Positions 47,191-56,488 of a DNA stretch of 64,000 nt are shown here, piece by piece (the first letter of the stretch is position 1; the number at the start of each line of letters is the position of its first letter). The DNA lies in the NCBI GenBank assembly GCA_041658745.1, contig JBAZZP010000002.1:76833-140832 (forward strand), read 5' to 3'. The DNA is from Candidatus Margulisiibacteriota bacterium (GTDB lineage Bacteria > Margulisbacteria > WOR-1 > O2-12-FULL-45-9). A model generated the notes under the pieces. The model was not told the DNA's origin, ran no database searches, and was given only the letters and a program-made list of their open reading frames with translations. Made by a program: the position numbers and the translations under genes.

Positions 47191-50040
47191 TTACTTTTTA
47201 CCCGGAAGGGTAAACCAAAAGGCACTTCCCTTCCCCAATTCGGACTCAACCCATACCTTACCATTATGCTTTTCAATAATTTCTTTGGATAAAGCCAGCC
47301 CAAGCCCTGTTCCCCCAGTTTTGCGGTCGGTTAACCCGCCCAACTGCTGATAGCGCTGGAAAAGTTTTGAGATGTCCTCAGCGCTGATTCCAATCCCGCT
47401 ATCAAACACTCCCACTTTTACTCCGCCATTCCAGCTATCGGGCATAACCTTGACAGTGATATTCCCCTGATTGGTAAATTTGATGGCATTGCTCAAATAA
47501 TTATTCAGCACCAGCATAATCTGATCGACATCAAAATAGATCGATGAAATATCACCACTTTGTTCTAGTTTGATGGCCAATCCTTTTTCCTTTGCCGCCA
47601 ATTTTTGGCCTTCAACAGCTTCTTTAGTAACCGCCAATATATCACCCAATTGCATATTAAATTGTAGTTTGCCCGCTTCAAGCTTTTGGAGAGCCAAAAC
47701 ATCATTGATTAAATGATGCAGTCGGTCAACGTTTCGTTTAGCAATCGCCAAAAACTCTTTTTGCTCAGCATTGATCGGGCCAGCAGTTTGATCCAATACG
47801 ATAGCAATCCCTTCTTTGATGGAGGTAAGCGGGGTACGGAGTTCGTGTGAAACTATGGAGGTAAAATCATTTTTTATTTGGTAAAGCTTTTCAAGTTCGG
47901 CATTCTTGCTTTTTATTTCATTTTCATACTGTTTCTTTTCAGTAATATCTCTAAAATACCAAATCCTGCCAATATCATTGCCGTCTATCTTGGTCAGTGG
48001 AGAAGAATAGCGATCAAACACTTTGCCATCTTTAAAGGCTATTTCATCTATGCTCTTCTCGGTAACGTGGCTATAGAGGTATTGAACTTTTTCCACAAAT
48101 TGGTTTGGATTAGCTAGCTGCGACAGAACCGATGCAATCATTTTTGGGTCATCCTTTTGTTCCATGATTTCAGGGGCAATGTTCCACATCTTTACAAAAC
48201 GCTGATTAGCAAATAAGGTTTTGCCTTCTGTACTTACCACCAAGATGCCATCCAAGGTAGATTCAGTTTGGGCAGACAAAAGGGCAGTTTTATAAGCCAA
48301 ATCCCCGGCAATCCTCTTTTGTTCGGTAATATCGCGTGCGATGGCCGATGCACCAATAATTTTGCCAGCAACATGGAAAATGGGAGAAATTGTTATTGAG
48401 ATATCCAGCATTCTGCCATCCTTGGTGATGCGCTTGGTTTCATGGTGAATAACATGCTCTCCCCTGCCAATCTTTTCCATGATTTCTCTAAATTCAGCCT
48501 TATTATCTTGGGGCATTAGGATGAGTACTGATTTACCCAGCATCTCTTCCCTTGTATATCCATAGAGGAGTTCGGCTCCCTTATTCCAACTAAAGATGGT
48601 TCCATCCAATCTTTTTCCAACGATTGCATCATCGGAAGACTCAACGATTTCTGCCAATTGCCGATTGGTTTCTTGGCTTTTTTGCAGCTCAAGCAAGTTG
48701 GCTTGTAAATCCTCATTGACATTAAGCATGGCCAACCGCAGCCGATTTAGTTCTTCATATTTGGTTTTTATCTCATCGTTGGCACGACTAATTGCACTTA
48801 CATCCCTAAACACCAGTACCGCGCCATACACATCACCGAAGGCGTTGTGTATGGGGGCTGCGCTATCTGCTATTATCTTTTCACTTTTATCTTTAGCTAT
48901 TAAGATGGCATGATTAGCAAGATTAACAATTTTATTGCTGCGTAATGCCTCAACAATTGGATTGATTTGGGGTTGGCGGTTGCTTCCATTAATTATAATA
49001 AAGACATCCTTAATGTTTTTCCCAATAGCATCCGTTTCTCTCCAACCGGTTAATTGCTGCGAAATTTCATTGAGTAGAACTATCTCAAAATTACTATTAA
49101 CTACGATTACCCCATCACCGATACTTCGCAAAGTGGTTAAAAATTTTTCTTTTTCCAAATTCATCGTATAGACGTCTTCCTCTCGTCGGTTCCAGAAATA
49201 CATAAACCAAATTGCAGAAAATGAAGATATCAAGGAAATAATAATGCCAACAAGACGAGGGTATTCAACTATGTTGCGGAAAAACTCCTCCTCAAGAAAA
49301 TTCGTTAACCCCCATCCCAAAAAGATTATGGTTAAAATAACTAGCACAATCATTCTGTCTGATAATAATTTTCCTTTCAATTTGGCATGATATTCAACTT
49401 TATCTCTCGATCTAATAGCTTTCCATAAAGCAATAGTTATTGAAACGGCTAGAAGGCTACGCACTAATTGGATTGGGATACCCCACAGATTGGATGGGAA
49501 TAAGACAAAAAATTGGCTTCCGGCAACAAACATCCCGAAGGAAACACCGTAAAATATAAATAGTGTTCCGGAAAGAGCCAAATAGTATTTAATGGCAGAT
49601 TTATTTTCGACCGAAGCCAGAGAAAATAATCCTAGGGCGGCAAGGATAGACCCGCTAACCCCTAAAAAACAGCGAATGGTAATATTGGTTTCAGCCAAAC
49701 CAAAAAAGGCACCAAACAGTGCTAGCGGAATTACCAGACAATAAATTAAGGCAGAGAGCCTTTTTGCGAAAACTCGTCGGCCGAATTCAAAAAGAAAGAT
49801 AAAAGATTGGGCCAATATCATAAGCCTTATTACATAAAAGATTGGAGAGTCAAATGTCAGCAGAGCAACCATATCCAGCCACTCATTAAACCCGTGCAGC
49901 AAACCGAATAAACCCAGCCAGTAAAAGTTGGGATAAAACTTTTTGCCAATACCAAAACAAACCATAGAGAAAAATAAAAAGGCCAGCCCGTAAAAAAAGT
50001 AAATATAATCCAGTTGAGAAGCAAAAATATTTTGCATCAT
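47191..50040 (-). CDS. Large membrane sensor histidine kinase with multiple PAS domains
   Basis: About 8 N-terminal TMs, three PAS/PAC modules, H-box VSHELRTPL, HATPase_c. 949 aa. Confidence 0.85.
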   Translation of the reverse strand: MMQNIFASQLDYIYFFYGLAFLFFSMVCFGIGKKFYPNFYWLGLFGLLHGFNEWLDMVALLTFDSPIFYVIRLMILAQSFIFLFEFGRRVFAKRLSALIYCLVIPLALFGAFFGLAETNITIRCFLGVSGSILAALGLFSLASVENKSAIKYYLALSGTLFIFYGVSFGMFVAGSQFFVLFPSNLWGIPIQLVRSLLAVSITIALWKAIRSRDKVEYHAKLKGKLLSDRMIVLVILTIIFLGWGLTNFLEEEFFRNIVEYPRLVGIIISLISSFSAIWFMYFWNRREEDVYTMNLEKEKFLTTLRSIGDGVIVVNSNFEIVLLNEISQQLTGWRETDAIGKNIKDVFIIINGSNRQPQINPIVEALRSNKIVNLANHAILIAKDKSEKIIADSAAPIHNAFGDVYGAVLVFRDVSAISRANDEIKTKYEELNRLRLAMLNVNEDLQANLLELQKSQETNRQLAEIVESSDDAIVGKRLDGTIFSWNKGAELLYGYTREEMLGKSVLILMPQDNKAEFREIMEKIGRGEHVIHHETKRITKDGRMLDISITISPIFHVAGKIIGASAIARDITEQKRIAGDLAYKTALLSAQTESTLDGILVVSTEGKTLFANQRFVKMWNIAPEIMEQKDDPKMIASVLSQLANPNQFVEKVQYLYSHVTEKSIDEIAFKDGKVFDRYSSPLTKIDGNDIGRIWYFRDITEKKQYENEIKSKNAELEKLYQIKNDFTSIVSHELRTPLTSIKEGIAIVLDQTAGPINAEQKEFLAIAKRNVDRLHHLINDVLALQKLEAGKLQFNMQLGDILAVTKEAVEGQKLAAKEKGLAIKLEQSGDISSIYFDVDQIMLVLNNYLSNAIKFTNQGNITVKVMPDSWNGGVKVGVFDSGIGISAEDISKLFQRYQQLGGLTDRKTGGTGLGLALSKEIIEKHNGKVWVESELGKGSAFWFTLPGKK

Positions 50041-50447
50041 TTTATATTCTTTAATTGTTTAATTTCATTTTTTAGCTCTATCATTTTTAGCTCGCGATCC
50101 ACCATTATTTTATTCAAGCGTTCAAGCTCTTCAACTCGTTCGTTAATTTGCTTCTTTTGTTGAGAATATAATTCATCACTGTTCTTTTTTTCGGTCAGAT
50201 TGAATGCTAGAACAGCTACGCCAATAATTTTTCCAGCTTTATCATAGACGGGGGTATGGTGAACTTCGAAGAAAAAATGATTTAGTTCTTCTTTTCCCGA
50301 CCACGCTGACTCAGTTATTGTTTCTCCCCTGAGAGCCCTGTCAATATTGGCCTTCGCTGAGTCTCTGTCTGCTTGGTCGCTCATATAGTCCAGCAGGCAT
50401 TTGCCGAGCATAATATCTACTCCATATAATGCTTTCATAACTGCCAT
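50037..50447 (-). CDS. Small PAS-domain protein (possibly N-terminally truncated or using a non-ATG start)
   Basis: C-terminal half of a PAS fold plus a coiled coil. The reading frame stays open about 45 codons upstream of the ATG with PAS-like sequence but no ATG/GTG/TTG. Confidence 0.45.
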   Translation of the reverse strand: MAVMKALYGVDIMLGKCLLDYMSDQADRDSAKANIDRALRGETITESAWSGKEELNHFFFEVHHTPVYDKAGKIIGVAVLAFNLTEKKNSDELYSQQKKQINERVEELERLNKIMVDRELKMIELKNEIKQLKNIK

Positions 50448-50600
50448 GTGTTTATCATTAAAACTAGTGTAAAAATAATTTTGGTCTACCGAAAAAACAA
50501 GCGCGTCGACGCTGTTGGTAATAGCTTCGAGGATTGAACAATAGGTATTATCTGAAAATTGATATTTTTCTTGAATAACACACCATCCTTATACTAAGCA

Positions 50601-51134
50601 TTATTGGCCAGCTGAATATTTTTCAGCCCAGGTTTGCCCAACACTTCTTATCTTATTAGGACCATTGACAACTGAAACCTTTGAGGCATTTACCCCTTTA
50701 GTGATTACATATGATTTTCCGGATTTAGCAAAAAATAATCCGCGAGAATAATCAATATTGTACTGGTAATAGGCATTGGGATCATAATAGCGGCGGGCAA
50801 TCTCGTAACCTTTCATACATTCCCCTTTGGCTAAAACTACCGGCACACGAAATTTAACTGGCACCGAAAATCCTCCGCCAGTTTCGTCCCATTTGAAATC
50901 TGAGTAAGCAATGTCTTTTGCCGTAAAATAAATATCATGGTTGGTCGGCACCCTCCCAGCCATTTTGTCGCCTAAGACCAGATTAAAGCCCTCAACATTT
51001 TGTCCCATAGTAGATTTGATAATTCCAATGATTTCATTTTCGGAAGGCATTGCCTTAAAGACTGCCCAGCTGCTGGTGGAGAACAAGCATGCACCAATCA
51101 CCAAGATGGCAGCAAATTTGAACCAATTTTTCAT
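50601..51134 (-). CDS. Secreted hypothetical protein
   Basis: Signal peptide MKNWFKFAAILVIGACLFSTSSWA with an AGGAGA RBS. The start is internal to the tracked ORF, which extends to 51191. Confidence 0.45.
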   Translation of the reverse strand: MKNWFKFAAILVIGACLFSTSSWAVFKAMPSENEIIGIIKSTMGQNVEGFNLVLGDKMAGRVPTNHDIYFTAKDIAYSDFKWDETGGGFSVPVKFRVPVVLAKGECMKGYEIARRYYDPNAYYQYNIDYSRGLFFAKSGKSYVITKGVNASKVSVVNGPNKIRSVGQTWAEKYSAGQ

Positions 51135-51156
51135 ATTGTGTCTCCTTAAGATCAAG

Positions 51157-51927
51157 TTACTGTTGTGGCTCGGTTTTTCCATAGATGGCATCCCAACCGG
51201 CGCTTTGCAGCGTTTTTAATGAGTCGGCTTGTGCTCTTGGGATATTAATACTTTTTTGATCCTTATAGGCGACATTGCGAGAAACTACAAAATCCCAAAC
51301 TCCATCAGTTTTGCGGAATTCGGCAAAAACGGTGCGAGTCTGAGAATCAATGCCAGTATAACCACTGCGCGTACCAAAAGTAATATCAACATTCATCGTC
51401 ATTTCCCCGTCAGTGGGGGTCTTAACCGTGCTTGTGATTGGTTTGATCTCCGCAATGTATAGCAGACGCGATGGAACTGTGTCCAAGAGAGAACACAATT
51501 TACTGGGAGAACAATTTTTATATGCTTCAACCACCATGGTATTTATATCAGCAGCAGACATCTTTTTTAGGCCCATGGTTTCGGTTTCAGCAACATAAAA
51601 CCGATCAAAATCCCATTCGCCATCCCCACCACTAAGGATCATTAGTCCGGTATAAATTTTATATGTTCCATCCTTTTCTTTCGCCGAGGTGACAGTACAT
51701 GGAATAAAAGCTTCTACAATCTTTTCAATTGTATCGCCATCCCTTTTATACTCTGTCGTTTTCTTCCAAGAACCTGTGTATTTGAAGGTTTGCAGATTAA
51801 ATTCGGCATACTTTTCCTTAGCTGCCTTAGTTACCGCATCCTTGGACATATAAGCTGCAAAAGCACTCCCGACCAGAATCACCATTGAACAGATAACAAT
51901 CGCGGCAATCAGTTTGATTTTCTTCAT
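51157..51927 (-). CDS. Secreted hypothetical protein, paralog A
   Basis: Signal peptide, AGGAGG RBS. Shares blocks with paralog B (LQTFKY.G.W, KIYTG.M, F.RFY, GLKK...AY/FRN). Confidence 0.5.
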   Translation of the reverse strand: MKKIKLIAAIVICSMVILVGSAFAAYMSKDAVTKAAKEKYAEFNLQTFKYTGSWKKTTEYKRDGDTIEKIVEAFIPCTVTSAKEKDGTYKIYTGLMILSGGDGEWDFDRFYVAETETMGLKKMSAADINTMVVEAYKNCSPSKLCSLLDTVPSRLLYIAEIKPITSTVKTPTDGEMTMNVDITFGTRSGYTGIDSQTRTVFAEFRKTDGVWDFVVSRNVAYKDQKSINIPRAQADSLKTLQSAGWDAIYGKTEPQQ

Positions 51928-51943
51928 TTTTCTTCCTCCTTAT

Positions 51944-52777
51944 TTAAAATGGTAATCTAGGGACATCAATTTTAGGAACATCTATTTTGGGCTGGGCTAC
52001 TCCGTACGCTGGTTCAGTTAACCCGTAAATTCCATCAAAACCACTGTTTTCATAATTTTTAAAATTAGCGCTTTGGGATTGTGGAATAGAAGTAATCGTC
52101 CTATTTTTTTCTTCCTTGAAGCTGAGATTCCATAAGCGCCATGCGCCATCTTTTTTTCTTATATCAGCACTATAAGTTCTGGTGCCAGCAATCAGGTCAT
52201 TTCCACTCATATGCCCGTAGGTAATATCCAAATACACCTTACAGGAATCTTCGTAATCTACAAAATTATCTGGAGACGCAAGCTTAATTGAGGCGATATA
52301 AATTAAGTCGGAAGGAAGAGCATCAAAATTAGCAGAAAAAATATTTTTGGGCTCTTTGGGTTCAAAGTTTCTGAAGGCCGAAATGACGTTTGCCAAAATT
52401 TCGGCTTTGGTTAGTTTTTTTAAACCTTTAACGTCAGTTTTATCAATATAAAAGCGATTAAACTCACCATCGCGAACAAACATCTTACCAGTATATATCT
52501 TATATACGCCAGTGCCAGGTTCCTTATCAGTAGTAACCGTACACTTAATGTATTGTTCAACCTTCCAGCTCCAATCCCCCGAAACATTATCTTTCACCCA
52601 TTCTTTTTTCGTAATCCATCCACCGCTATATTTAAAGGTTTGCAGTTTATACTCGGGATTATATTTTGCCTTGGCAGCGGCTGTTATAGCTGCCTGTGAC
52701 ATGGCTGCAAAAGAACTCCCCACCAAAAGCACCAGCGAACAGAGAACAACCGCCGCAATCAATCTAATTCTTTTCAT
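51944..52777 (-). CDS. Secreted hypothetical protein, paralog B
   Basis: Signal peptide MKRIRLIAAVVLCSLVLLVGSSFAA, AGGAGA RBS. Paralogous to the 51157-51927 gene. The ORF track extends to 52810. Confidence 0.5.
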   Translation of the reverse strand: MKRIRLIAAVVLCSLVLLVGSSFAAMSQAAITAAAKAKYNPEYKLQTFKYSGGWITKKEWVKDNVSGDWSWKVEQYIKCTVTTDKEPGTGVYKIYTGKMFVRDGEFNRFYIDKTDVKGLKKLTKAEILANVISAFRNFEPKEPKNIFSANFDALPSDLIYIASIKLASPDNFVDYEDSCKVYLDITYGHMSGNDLIAGTRTYSADIRKKDGAWRLWNLSFKEEKNRTITSIPQSQSANFKNYENSGFDGIYGLTEPAYGVAQPKIDVPKIDVPRLPF

Positions 52778-52843
52778 CTTTCTCTCCTTTTTTTGAACTT
52801 GAGTATACATTATTGCATAGAGATAATAATTGTCAAATGAATT

Positions 52844-54184
52844 TTAATTTAAACCTAGTTGCTTCATTTTGGCAATTAAAGTGGTGCGGTTTATTCCCAA
52901 AAGATCCGCGGCTTTGGTCTGATTGCCGTTTGTTTTTTGTAGAACAGCATTAATATAGTTGGTCTCAAATTCAACTCCGGCATCTTTTAAACTAGTGCTA
53001 TTTAAACCTTGCCTCTCATTTTGAAGTGGAAAACTTTCACTCGTAATATAATCACTTTCTCCTGCCAAGGTGACCGCCCTTTCCACCATGTTCTGTAATT
53101 CCCTAACATTCCCAGGCCAATTATAGCGAGTAAGTAAAGTTATGCTTCCTTCCGTAAAACCTTTGATTTTCCTATTTAACTCGAGATTAAATTGAACTAG
53201 AAAATAATTGGCTAATGGGGAGATGTCTTCTTTGCGATCACGCAAAGGTGGCAGATTGATACGAATAACATTTAAGCGGTAGAAAAGATCTTTTCGAAAA
53301 AGACCTTTTTCAACTGCCTCCTCAATCGGCAAATTGGTAGCTGCAATAATCCGGGTATCAACTTTTACTGGTTTGCTGCTCCCCACTTTTTCAACTAGAT
53401 TATCTTGAATAACCCGCAATAACTTGGCCTGCATAGTCGGCGGCATGCAGCCGATTTCGTCTAGAAAGATAGTCCCGCCATCGGCTAATTCAAATTTCCC
53501 CAACCGATCTTCTATCGCGCCAGTAAAGGACGCTCTTGCATGACCAAATAGCTCTGATTCAAACAAATTTTCAGGAATTGCGGCACAATTTACTACTACA
53601 AAGGGTTGATTGGCGCGAGGGCTTTTTTTATGGATAGCTCGGGCAACCAGCTCTTTTCCAGTACCAGATTCTCCGGTGATAAGGACCGTGCTAGTAGTTG
53701 CAGCCACTTTATCAATTAAGGTATAAACCTCTTGCATAATTGCACTTTTGCCGATTAATTCGAGGTAAGATTCTTTTTCCTGTAGGGTTTGACGCAAATA
53801 GCGATTTTCCTTGATTAATTCTCGATGTTCTAGGGCTTTAGCGACCACGGTGAGGATTTCATCCGCTTCAAACGGTTTGGTTAAATAGTCATAAGCCCCC
53901 GACTTCATGGCAACAACTGCATCCCTAACATCCCGCACGGCAGTAACCATGATTACAGCCAATTGGCTATCTCGTTCTTTGCTTTTTTTCAGGATATCCA
54001 AGCCATTACTATCGCCTAGCATTATATCTAATAGCATCAGATCATACTTATTATTTTCTAAGAGATCCAAAGCTTCTTTACCACTAGAAGCTGGTGTGAT
54101 ATCGTAGGCGTGCTTTAAAATTGAACGATAGGTTATTAATAAACTATCCTCATCATCAACAACTAGCAGAGAAGGTCTATTCAT
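52844..54184 (-). CDS. Sigma-54-dependent response regulator (NtrC family)
   Basis: Receiver domain, AAA+ sigma-54 interaction domain (GESGTGKELVARAIH, GAFTGA-like ESELFGH) and a C-terminal Fis-type HTH. Confidence 0.85.
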   Translation of the reverse strand: MNRPSLLVVDDEDSLLITYRSILKHAYDITPASSGKEALDLLENNKYDLMLLDIMLGDSNGLDILKKSKERDSQLAVIMVTAVRDVRDAVVAMKSGAYDYLTKPFEADEILTVVAKALEHRELIKENRYLRQTLQEKESYLELIGKSAIMQEVYTLIDKVAATTSTVLITGESGTGKELVARAIHKKSPRANQPFVVVNCAAIPENLFESELFGHARASFTGAIEDRLGKFELADGGTIFLDEIGCMPPTMQAKLLRVIQDNLVEKVGSSKPVKVDTRIIAATNLPIEEAVEKGLFRKDLFYRLNVIRINLPPLRDRKEDISPLANYFLVQFNLELNRKIKGFTEGSITLLTRYNWPGNVRELQNMVERAVTLAGESDYITSESFPLQNERQGLNSTSLKDAGVEFETNYINAVLQKTNGNQTKAADLLGINRTTLIAKMKQLGLN

Positions 54185-54203
54185 GCTAATAAATTAGGCT
54201 TTT

Positions 54204-54917
54204 TTAAAAGTTTTTCCAGTTTAAATTAAACTCATCCGCGGTTTGATCATTGGTTACCTTGACCTGTCCCGCATTTAAGCCATACCAAAAGTAGTCGGTA
54301 GAAGTAGATGAATCAGGATAACGATTAACATATGCAATTTTATAACAATCAAAAGTACCAGCAGCAACGGAAACGCTTTCACGACTAACAATAGTAGCCT
54401 CGGTAGTCATGTAAGAATAACTAGAGCGGGTCCAAGTTCTGCCGACAGTTAAAGGAAAAGAGAGGACAACGGTGGCTTCGGTGGTAGGAGAATTTAATGT
54501 TCCATACGTATAAACTCCAGTAGAATCTACCACATAATAAACCTCACCCGTAAAGAAATCTGTCCCATTATAGGTGGTATTTTGCTTTAATTTTTGAGCA
54601 GTAATCGAGGGAGAAATGACAACGGTCCCATCAAAAGTCGAAGTCTCATAATATAAAGGGTCACCAATGATTACTTTTTTCCAGGAGTAGCCATTGGTAT
54701 TGGGAAAATAGGCTTGATCATTATTTGTGGTTGTCGTAACAGAAGTAGTGGTTGTCGTTGTTGAAACAATTGAAGTCGAAGTGGTTGAGGCAGTTGAGGT
54801 TCCGGTAGTTGAAGTAGTGGTAGTAGGAGTAGGAGAATCACCACAACCTACGGAAAGAAACAAGCAACAAGATACAAGCAACAAAGAGACATAGAGACAT
54901 AATATCTGTTTTTTCAC
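54204..54917 (-). CDS. Lipoprotein with Thr-rich linker (function unknown)
   Basis: Lipobox LSVGCG then TTTTSTTGTSTASTT. GTG start with AGGAGG 6 nt upstream (the ORF track extends to 54959). The signal-peptide DNA is shared with other genes. Confidence 0.5.
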   Translation of the reverse strand: MKKQILCLYVSLLLVSCCLFLSVGCGDSPTPTTTTSTTGTSTASTTSTSIVSTTTTTTSVTTTTNNDQAYFPNTNGYSWKKVIIGDPLYYETSTFDGTVVISPSITAQKLKQNTTYNGTDFFTGEVYYVVDSTGVYTYGTLNSPTTEATVVLSFPLTVGRTWTRSSYSYMTTEATIVSRESVSVAAGTFDCYKIAYVNRYPDSSTSTDYFWYGLNAGQVKVTNDQTADEFNLNWKNF

Positions 54918-54987
54918 AAATAACCTCCTATCAGAATTGACTATAATGTACCACAACATTACCTCTAATTGCCATCTGCCTTTTTAC

Positions 54988-55036
54988 CCTTCATGGGACT
55001 GCCTGGCGGCAGTCAAGCCTTCACGGGCCATATCCC
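54988..55036. repeat. Copy of the dispersed GC-rich repeat, split by a 7-bp-stem hairpin
   Basis: CCTTCATGGG ... GACTGCC TGGC GGCAGTC ... CCTTCACGGGCC. Overlaps the last codons of the 55013-56488 gene. Confidence 0.5.
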
Positions 55037-56488
55037 TTTAAGTACTTCCAATATTTCCACCATTCCCATAGTATCCAAATCACAATATTTATCCAAAGCA
55101 GTTCTCACTCGTTGGCGTTCGGCTTCGTCAACCTTGGTAAAAGTTACTCGATAGTATTCGGCTGAAGCTGCTCCACCATTCCCAATTTCTAAACCTTTAT
55201 AGGTTAAATGAGTAATGGCCGGCAAAACATATTTTAAAGAGGCACTCCCCTCTTGTTTGGGATGATAAAAGGAGAAATTTTTAAAAGGCTCTAGTAAATC
55301 AACAATTCTGTCATCCAAACTTTTTACCCAATCAAGGTATTGCGGATAAATAAAGGCCGCTTCTTTCAAACAACGTTTTTCAAAACCGGCACTATAAGCA
55401 ATGATTGACCCTTTATCCCCCAGTAATTCTTTTAGCCGCCGGAGCACTTCTGGGCGAGGATCAACGTCGCCCGGAGCAAGATAAGGGTGATGAATAGGCA
55501 TATTTCCCTCTTTCTCAACCACGTGCAGTGAAAACTGGAACGGCACAGCTTTATAGGGGCCTGTATTATCGTAGACCGGAATTGCTGGTGCCATGGTTTC
55601 AAAATCAAGAAAATAGAGCGGATACTGCAATTTGGCTAAAAATTCATGAATCGCTTCTTTGTCAATATAGGTCTCTTCTTTGCGATGAGCTTCGATTTGG
55701 ATGACTTGTTTGGTATTCAGCTTATAATCATCAGGAATATCGGTTACTTTTAAGATCCCCTGCTCCATTAGATCAAAACAGCGTTGTCCGCCCTGGTATA
55801 AAAGAAAAATATGGCCTTGGGGCAAATCCTTCCAACAGATATCTATTAAGGGACAATCGTGCGGGGAAGAACAATAAGGACCAATTGGGTTATTAGGCAC
55901 TTCACTGGCTTCAATTGTTTTCAGCATCGCATCTACTGCCCGATCAATTTGACCGGCTAAAATCTCAGTTTGCTTGGTAATGTCTTCCTTGAGGAAAAAG
56001 TCCTTTGGTTCTATGTCACTATGTCGGACAAATTCTTTATTGATATAGACGATAAAGCATTTGCGGATTTTAAGGCCAGCCCCTTCGTAGGTGTAGCGTT
56101 GAAAAGCCGCATCGTGCATATGCTCATCCTTTACGCCAGTTGAGCTTTTAACCTCGTATAAATCCCATTGATCATCCCCCACTGGATCCAAAATATCAGC
56201 AATGGCATATGCTCGTTTATAGATAAAACCGGCTTCAAAGAGTGGTTTGCGTTGTTTGGCAGCTTCTAGTGACTGAATTGACTGTTCTTCGGGGTTGAAC
56301 TTGCGGGGAATTAAGATTCCGCCAGGAAAAAGTTTTTGGGCTAATGCCCCGACCCGATGACCTTCTTCAAAGGCAAATTGCAGCACGGAATTGGGAGGCG
56401 GAATAATATCTTTACGGTTAAATTCGTGCCAGAGGAGTTTGGGACACTGCAGGCCAGCTAGGTATTTGCTTTTTGATAAATAGCGCAT
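55013..56488 (-). CDS. DUF2779-family protein: RecB-like (PD-D/ExK) nuclease N-domain plus DEDD-like exonuclease-like C-domain
   Basis: N-terminus MRYLSKSKYLAGLQCPKLLW is characteristic of the DUF2779 family as recalled from memory (no database check possible). DLYEVKSST is a D..ExK nuclease motif. YFLDFETM resembles a DnaQ-type Exo I motif. Confidence 0.4.
   Translation of the reverse strand: MRYLSKSKYLAGLQCPKLLWHEFNRKDIIPPPNSVLQFAFEEGHRVGALAQKLFPGGILIPRKFNPEEQSIQSLEAAKQRKPLFEAGFIYKRAYAIADILDPVGDDQWDLYEVKSSTGVKDEHMHDAAFQRYTYEGAGLKIRKCFIVYINKEFVRHSDIEPKDFFLKEDITKQTEILAGQIDRAVDAMLKTIEASEVPNNPIGPYCSSPHDCPLIDICWKDLPQGHIFLLYQGGQRCFDLMEQGILKVTDIPDDYKLNTKQVIQIEAHRKEETYIDKEAIHEFLAKLQYPLYFLDFETMAPAIPVYDNTGPYKAVPFQFSLHVVEKEGNMPIHHPYLAPGDVDPRPEVLRRLKELLGDKGSIIAYSAGFEKRCLKEAAFIYPQYLDWVKSLDDRIVDLLEPFKNFSFYHPKQEGSASLKYVLPAITHLTYKGLEIGNGGAASAEYYRVTFTKVDEAERQRVRTALDKYCDLDTMGMVEILEVLKGIWPVKA

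Noticed and set aside
52811-52843. Sigma-54 (-24/-12, TGGCAC-N5-TTGC) promoter downstream of the NtrC-family activator
   Set aside because: The gap contains TTGACA-N18-TAATGT (sigma-70-like) and no GG-N10-GC element. I could not find a convincing sigma-54 site anywhere in the window.
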